Assembly (NCBI GenBank): GCA_003602635.1
Contig: QQSJ01000039.1
Span: forward strand, 1-46,060
Length of the DNA stretch: 46,060 bases
From: Candidatus Poseidoniales archaeon
GTDB taxonomy: Archaea; Thermoplasmatota; Poseidoniia; Poseidoniales; Poseidoniaceae
Direction: 5' to 3'
In this document: piece by piece, positions 44,201-46,060 of the stretch
How the letters are laid out: each line of letters starts with the position of its first letter
How positions within the stretch are numbered: the stretch's first letter is position 1
The notes under the pieces: model-generated
What the model was told of the DNA's origin: nothing
Seen by the model: only the letters and a program-made list of their open reading frames with translations
Database searches by the model: none
Program-made: the position numbers and the translations under genes

Positions 44201-46060
44201 GTAGCGGATTTCGTGGTCGCGGTCCACGGTCTGACCGGGTGCGCCTTCGTAATCCTGAACGGTGTATTGGCCTTCGAGACCAATCACGCTGGTGTAGAGC
44301 TCCATCATGTTCGCCTCAGACAGGCCCTGAACGAGCAACTGCACGGTCATGGCCAGACGAGCGTTTGAACGGTGGATGTGGGTCGACACGGAGTTGAACT
44401 CTTCAGCGAGGTCGGCCGTGTACCAGTAGTCGCCAAACACATAGTGCGTGACTTCGAAGGTGGTGTCGGTCTGCAAGCGCACGTTGTTGTTGAAGGTCCG
44501 GTTCGCGTCCTCTTGGGACAGGAAATCCGTGCCGTCACAGGAACTGGCCAGGCTCTCGGCGCAGGCGAGAATCTCGCCGTCCTTCCAAAGACGCCATCGG
44601 TCATCGGAACTGCTCGTTCCGTCGTCGTTGAGCTTGTGACCCTGGGTCATCACGGTGTCACGGTTGGTCTGCACCACGGAGAAGGACGCGTCAAGCACCT
44701 CGACGGGGAGGCTGAGGTCGCGCTCTTCGCCCTCAATGAGGCGGGTGACGTCGGTGAATTCGGTGCCGTCGTTGATGTCCAAGAGGGCATCGTACTGTGC
44801 ATCGGTGAGGTGTTCCTGCAGAATGGCGTCGAACGCAGGCGTGAAGATCGTCTCATGGCCACGGTCCGAGGCATACATACGGTCAGCCTCAGCGAGTTGC
44901 CAGAACCACATGGCCGCCAAGTCGGCTTCGCCACGTGCGAGGAGCATGTTTCCTGTGGCGGGGATACCCGACTGGAAGTTGTCAGAAACGGAGGGGTGGT
45001 CGCCAGAGGTCAAGGCTTGGAAACCGTAGTCCCACCACGACACGAAGGCGGGCTTCTCAGAATACGGTTGTTCGGCGTCTTGTTCAGCGAGCCATGCATA
45101 CGCATCGTTCCATCCCTGTTGGTTGAAACTGCTGCCGAAGGAACCGAGGTAGCGCATGCCACCGTCCTCGTACCCGGTCGGGTTCAGGAAGGAGAAGCCT
45201 GCAACGTCCCAGCGGAGGATGTCGGGCATGATGTTGAACAACGTCTCGTCGATGTCATCCTCGGCTGGAGAAGAGCCGGGGATACCTGCGTCAAGACCGT
45301 AGGTCATGTGCTGGCCACCAAGCATGATCAGAACGAGCATGATGGCGCTGAACTGAGGCGTGCGCCAAACGGCCTTGCGCGTGGCCGTGATCCGGTCAGC
45401 AGGCGTACGAACACCCATGCGCCGCATCTTTCGGGACATTTCCTTGGTGCCAGACCAGCCCCAGAGACCCACGGCGCCCCACGCGCCAAGCACGGCCAAA
45501 GCCGGAGTGGCGTTGAAGATGAAACGGGCAGCTGTCCAGGACATGAAGATGGCCAGAAGGACCCACGTGGCCATGAAGATGTGCTCATGGCGTCGCTGGC
45601 GCGTTCCGCGCCACAGCGCGATGATGCCCATGCTGAGGGCCAAGATGAACACGATTGGTCCAAACGATGCAAAGAGCAGTCCACGGTCCGGAGCGTTGGC
45701 TTCGGCGACCGTGCCGAAAATCTTGGTCTTGGTGAAGTATCCAGCGCCCGTGAACAACACGTTGAACGCGTTGGATTGCTCGAAGTACTGGAGCACCCAA
45801 ATCACGACCACGAAGACGACGGCGGCTCCGGTCAGGGAACCGAGCACGAGCAACCACGGCTTGTCTCGGAAGCCCGTGGTCACGTAAGCGATGGCCGTCG
45901 TGAATCCGAGCACGAAGAGCAAGGGCTGGAGGCCCGTACCGCTGAAGACCAAGTCCATGCCAGGGTAGGCGTAGAACGGCATGGCGAGCAGCAACGTCGT
46001 GCACAGCATGGTCAACATGAGCATGTTGAGCGTCGTGCTGTCCTTGTTGCGGAACATGTT
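38291..46060 (-). CDS. aglB: Oligosaccharyltransferase AglB/STT3 fused to a ~1900-aa extracellular repeat array with a C-terminal TM anchor; 5' end probably beyond window
   Basis: At least 2589 codons are open to the window edge. A polytopic TM region is followed by FVSWWDYGFQ (WWDYG at 45023..45037, verified). Then come many CarboxypepD_reg/Cna-B-like modules (e.g. VLEDMDGNILPNTIIEMVD...IVTDENGSFTQGPIPSGEYYYRV; SNEDGSFLYHLPVGVYDISV; SDDNGVWQLFVPVRTSYEVE) and CARDB-like modules (LTNTGNGDATYTFEV; IPVTNSGERDAIDSVIVYA). The C-terminus has a Thr/Ser linker and a TM helix ILAVIVVAIVGLVTWGG plus a basic tail. Confidence 0.85.
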   Translation of the reverse strand, partial: NMFRNKDSTTLNMLMLTMLCTTLLLAMPFYAYPGMDLVFSGTGLQPLLFVLGFTTAIAYVTTGFRDKPWLLVLGSLTGAAVVFVVVIWVLQYFEQSNAFNVLFTGAGYFTKTKIFGTVAEANAPDRGLLFASFGPIVFILALSMGIIALWRGTRQRRHEHIFMATWVLLAIFMSWTAARFIFNATPALAVLGAWGAVGLWGWSGTKEMSRKMRRMGVRTPADRITATRKAVWRTPQFSAIMLVLIMLGGQHMTYGLDAGIPGSSPAEDDIDETLFNIMPDILRWDVAGFSFLNPTGYEDGGMRYLGSFGSSFNQQGWNDAYAWLAEQDAEQPYSEKPAFVSWWDYGFQALTSGDHPSVSDNFQSGIPATGNMLLARGEADLAAMWFWQLAEADRMYASDRGHETIFTPAFDAILQEHLTDAQYDALLDINDGTEFTDVTRLIEGEERDLSLPVEVLDASFSVVQTNRDTVMTQGHKLNDDGTSSSDDRWRLWKDGEILACAESLASSCDGTDFLSQEDANRTFNNNVRLQTDTTFEVTHYVFGDYWYTADLAEEFNSVSTHIHRSNARLAMTVQLLVQGLSEANMMELYTSVIGLEGQYTVQDYEGAPGQTVDRDHEIRYFAVDNRLYPRAGRYTADAQYNGGQPMGIFAAPTILSGQDPTTFLTEVYETQRGAFSDEMTREEVDEAIRQDVLNQQAGAEIDPVQIIDVRADHTAEFFDTMVARAYVGYGASTLGVASDGSNPQPAQHFGQSGSPGTFMSQALPLPGAMMNHFVLANYNDDTTVENSYGQANSMVKILKFYPGAEMTGQVTFADDGQPLENVRLLIERDAFSGESGEDLDEDTYWIPIGFVDTDAEGRYSFMAPAGHIRVSAFIGEYEPTAARNAIQDGSFTENLGDILAEYNDDRTVNDITAILGEVANMTWVGESHLNVSADEANRVVALDRTADVSVASSGVSGVVTWIGDESFAGEPLVDTTFILRDIWSYTENHTVVTNNGSFTTDETRILQGTGEVTFTENGTFESDGVAVARGFTGTYTRQLTGDRIHTANGTWTGRGIIDGWVSEADLVNASDCLDNNARTPDNTSVCTMTGEDNATKYLFEGTVEASGRVETLSPTVVVRDVVGQTFEGAGVFEGVGTLNGTGLFAGQGDFSGPMVQPGSFYKTGLLPGVYNMVAVLPNGRNVLLPDPVEVGIEASYDLEMTMPGAVFADVLEDMDGNILPNTIIEMVDTGLGLDAAVTIVTDENGSFTQGPIPSGEYYYRVDVDQDGWYEVNATFSVQDEPQNITLAYPVPPMTDVTIQLEAPFGGDGQPTLDVANRTVTLTNDAPELDPYVVVSDENGVVYAEVPIGMYTVSDDGDADQLLLARLDVGEEDFGVTMTYAASTWLNGTVSAPMAGVDYDAWLESERETEAVTQLEVTATSADGLTFTAITGDANSDNQGQFSMRVPTDATYSLTMYSISTSYGHGSLVNVTDGMEDLDIIIEPTELITGALYHIDNSTTWNSQIPGWVPVEMTATSAEGVVWQATSNEDGSFLYHLPVGVYDISVVEDVTYNATSDDDVVVTRGPEQVNEPASLYLNPGGHTLMFNVFQDVAGDGNVSNGSMVTPAFAIVPSTEHGERINVTADMYAANGTLSVDMPIGTYVLEFEAQDAASENASDYALAPSQALSAIVVGLPLPGDAIDVALVDEWRVNGSIVDANGSELRPQGDSMLLVSSDGEDYRSLDVDENGTFADYVPSGDWIAVIGAYEGDLGTELLRQTVQVSENSARVDLALATVVSAEVQLHLREALSERNLSGFRMTLVSAHGLGNVSLDLTDDDGLVTEPMMPGTWSVHMERQDVQDRWTLDTSATPFTVAAGESLNVTDLMASHEVEIGGRLYWDLDDDNTPDADEGVSGVLMNITSLDGTTFVSNVTSDDNGVWQLFVPVRTSYEVEGSKEGFADIAYDLDGNGSYVVNDSAMSEDLQVSVGLVDVSGAVIDDVDSTRLDGATVVLQPASGLARDAITVTNTAFDGTTLTWSAEVEPGAWVVVVQQANLGENDGAVAIDLLDASVGSGGHLNQTMTIGGFIDLQTSWTGIDLVEYHLGSASDGASMISEAPTVTVDLDGEVAWDVTLGADGAISLLVPSGRVSFAADMVTVQHALALNMSYEGSTVTNVAADRQELTLTLDRRADRDLLVDVGTVDQDTVESFTNDESGVDIQAKQDGAYEHTAVEFTVDVTYDGTEFEDVFTATGNAGNAPDAADWSVEFWNETGETWQSSIEVRLGIGEDASTDDVPMEATLKVRVNLPDQNTSLSLQNGHSVNVLLTTETGEFTERSVTVRVPIVRGFDVEAMDDRAGIGSGDVQTLTTMLTNTGNGDATYTFEVVQNYDATLWEVTPATSTITVAAGDSRSQAFNVRSDEAFESGELEITVGVSEVGGSSDSLTLTVVYAQISLSVNQSLAVQRSDNTAEQESTTIVIPVTNSGERDAIDSVIVYARQQDADQDYQQVTISVPAGETVDAAFDVGKMTNGNKRFEFYIEVTGDDEDYATIASDTEGSGDEPVDFQIRFNIETTTSNSGMGQTILAVIVVAIVGLVTWGGLSMSRSGSRRF
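45023..45037 (-). other. WWDYG catalytic motif of STT3/AglB
   Basis: The plus strand reads acc gta gtc cca cca. The reverse complement is TGG TGG GAC TAC GGT, which is WWDYG, in frame with the giant ORF. Confidence 0.9.

Noticed and set aside
41117-44368. A 1083-aa plus-strand ORF, the longest on that strand in the window.
   Set aside because: It lies entirely antisense to the AglB-fusion gene, whose frame carries WWDYG and repeated domain motifs. Its translation is Val/Gly/Arg/His/Asp-rich low-complexity sequence with no motifs. GC-rich genes with strong third-position GC bias routinely leave stop-free antisense frames.
1-46060. A search for tRNA, rRNA, CRISPR arrays, transposases, integrases and phage genes that might delimit the surface island as a mobile element.
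   Set aside because: No intergenic gap exceeds ~135 bp. I saw no direct-repeat/spacer periodicity and recognised no DDE, tyrosine or serine recombinase motifs. The island cannot be called mobile from this window.

Overview
This is a GC-rich (about 60% by eye, not computed) and extremely gene-dense archaeal chromosomal segment. I call 24 protein-coding genes. No intergenic gap exceeds about 135 bp, so there is no room for tRNA, rRNA or CRISPR loci, and I recognise no transposase, integrase or phage genes. The archaeal assignment rests on four things: an S15P/S13e-type ribosomal protein, archaeosine synthase ArcS (exact PC-x3-KPY-x2-S-x2-H motif), an STT3/AglB oligosaccharyltransferase (WWDYG), and three proteins with archaeal pilin-type N-termini. 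The acidic proteome, compaction and giant surface proteins suggest a marine planktonic euryarchaeon of the Poseidoniales (MG-II/III) type, but that is inference only. The left 12.8 kb holds housekeeping and small membrane genes: rps15, arcS, orphan dnaJ, a GT2 glycosyltransferase, a UPF0201-like protein, and an unusual pyroglutamyl-peptidase/NUDIX fusion. The right 33 kb (12.9-46 kb) is a cell-envelope island in which four giant ORFs (1814, 1917, 1441 and >=2589 aa) fill about half of the whole window. Operon A (minus strand) encodes a secreted thrombospondin-type-3-repeat giant, a membrane-anchored giant, a small acidic protein and a Zn-metalloprotease lipoprotein. A central plus-strand operon encodes an MBL-fold hydrolase and three translationally coupled pilin-like proteins. 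Operon B (minus strand) encodes AglB fused to a ~1900-aa Ig-like repeat array with a second membrane anchor, a membrane-anchored subtilase, a parallel-beta-helix giant and a wHTH-STAND-TPR ATPase. My best candidate for an undescribed system is this protease-coupled giant-adhesin, glycosylation and pilin island, and within it the giant AglB fusion. All functional calls come from motif recognition by eye; no searches were run.
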